Shown here: piece by piece, positions 62,835-64,000 of the stretch
Layout of the letters: each line of letters starts with the position of its first letter
Numbering within the stretch: position 1 is the first letter of the stretch
Source of the DNA: Callorhinchus milii
Lineage: Eukaryota
Direction: 5' to 3'
DNA length: 64,000 bases
Assembly: GCF_018977255.1 (NCBI RefSeq)
Contig: NW_024704742.1
Span: 78,122,001-78,186,000, forward strand
The notes under the pieces: model-generated
Told to the model about the DNA's origin: nothing
The model's database searches: none
Seen by the model: the letters and a program-made list of their open reading frames with translations, nothing else
Program-made: the position numbers and the translations under genes

Positions 62835-62970
62835 GAGCATCCACTAAAACCATCAGTTGACTGGTTAACAACTCAGATGTGGAATTCATGCTGCGATCTT
62901 GAAGAAACACTGATGTGCTTTAAAGGACTCCAAGAGGAAATTATTGCAACACCTGTATTTTTCCAAATAG
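62835..62970 (+). CDS. DNAH6: DNAH6 exon 26
   Basis: tctag|GAG...G|gtgat; EHPLKPSVDWLTTQMWNSCCDLEETLMCFKGLQEEIIATPVFFQI; 136 nt. Confidence 0.92.
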
Positions 62971-63183
62971 GTGATTTGTAAAAGCATTAATTTTACCCTA
63001 CCCACAGAGTGCGTTTTTTGTAAATTATAAATCATTCTCTTGCTTTATTCTTATGTTTTTACAAAGTAGTTAAGTTTTATCCAGCAATCATTGTGTTTAT
63101 TATTAATTTCCAAATCTCAGTACAAAAACTAATCAGTCATAGTCAGTGGTTGTGACAGCAGTTGTAAAAATGTGTTTCTTCAG

Positions 63184-63353
63184 GACGTCTTGAAATTGAG
63201 ATCAACCCAAGGAAATGGAATGGATATGACTTAACCTTATCACCATACTCACCAGGACAGGAAATTGTTTCAGGGTACATTGTTGGTCACTGGAATAAGA
63301 GGCTGTCTGAGTTTCAGAAATTAATTTTAACCAAATCTTTTATGGAGGAAAAG
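63184..63353 (+). CDS. DNAH6: DNAH6 exon 27; the gene continues beyond the window
   Basis: ctcag|GA...AAG|gtaca; GRLEIEINPRKWNGY...HWNKRLSEFQKLILTKSFMEEK; 170 nt, restores phase 0. Confidence 0.92.
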
Positions 63354-64000
63354 GTACAGTAATATTAATTATCTGAGAAATGTTTCATGAAAATGTTTAA
63401 GGAATGTTCAGTTACAGTGTAGCTGATTCTGAAATCCTGAATTCACTTGCAACTACTTTTGTTAGTAAAAAGTGACTTGCCTGCTCTGATGCTCCTGCAG
63501 ATAAAGTTTTGCAAGTATGCTTTAGGATTCTGCTGTACAGTTGTATGATGGCAATGTTGACCCAAAAAATTCTTCAATTTTCTCATTTCTGAATTCACTG
63601 GTTTTCCTTGATGCTGCTATTTCTGTAAACCACTTGCCTCTGGTGAGAACTGGAGTTTGAAAAATCCTGATCATGTCCTGTCTTCTGAAAGACAACTATA
63701 ATATGGCATGTCAAATTTTGCTCTGCAGGTTGTTGTATAGAAGTTAAATTTGGTTTAGAGCAAGCTGGTGCTGGAATCTGTGCACCAATAGGTTCCTATA
63801 ACCACTTGATATTTTGTTTTATGTTACTGATAGATATAGAGGAATAGAGAATTTTGTTGTTGGCAGACGAGCACAATATATTTGTTTTCAGCAAATTAAT
63901 ATTGCTTTTTTTTNAAGTCAAAAAATCAATCTAAAATTTTCCTCCTTTTCACGAAATCTCAGCACCAAAAAATTTCTACTCACATTTCTATCACGTATTA

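Noticed and set aside
63729..63745. TGCAG|GTTGTTGTA as the next DNAH6 exon (expected to start VVFA-like)
   Set aside because: In-frame TAG after three codons and no further similarity; the next exon lies outside the window.

Overview
This is vertebrate genomic DNA. The repeat content (tRNA-derived and Deu-type SINEs, L2, CR1, Penelope) suggests a cartilaginous fish, possibly a holocephalan; that is an inference. The whole window lies inside one + strand gene, axonemal dynein heavy chain 6 (DNAH6). I traced 27 consecutive GT-AG coding exons from 3402 to 63353 (4538 nt, about 1513 aa), covering the end of AAA2, AAA3, AAA4, the stalk/MTBD, AAA5, the buttress and the region after it. All splice phases are consistent except exon 21 (54904-55067), which lacks 1 nt; this is either a frameshift or a homopolymer assembly error. 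Introns are full of L2 and CR1 LINE fragments, three generations of SINEs sharing a 3' tail with the L2, a Penelope fragment and a hAT MITE. The most notable observations are: the frameshift; a duplicated exon end that forms a possible 22-nt poison exon; a SINE/L2 3' hairpin with compensatory base changes; a SINE genealogy visible within the window; a 650-bp inverted duplication; a perfect 34-bp hairpin; and a patchwork templated insertion. I found no prokaryote-type system and no new protein-coding system. Family assignments come from remembered consensus features, not from database searches, and repeat boundaries are approximate.
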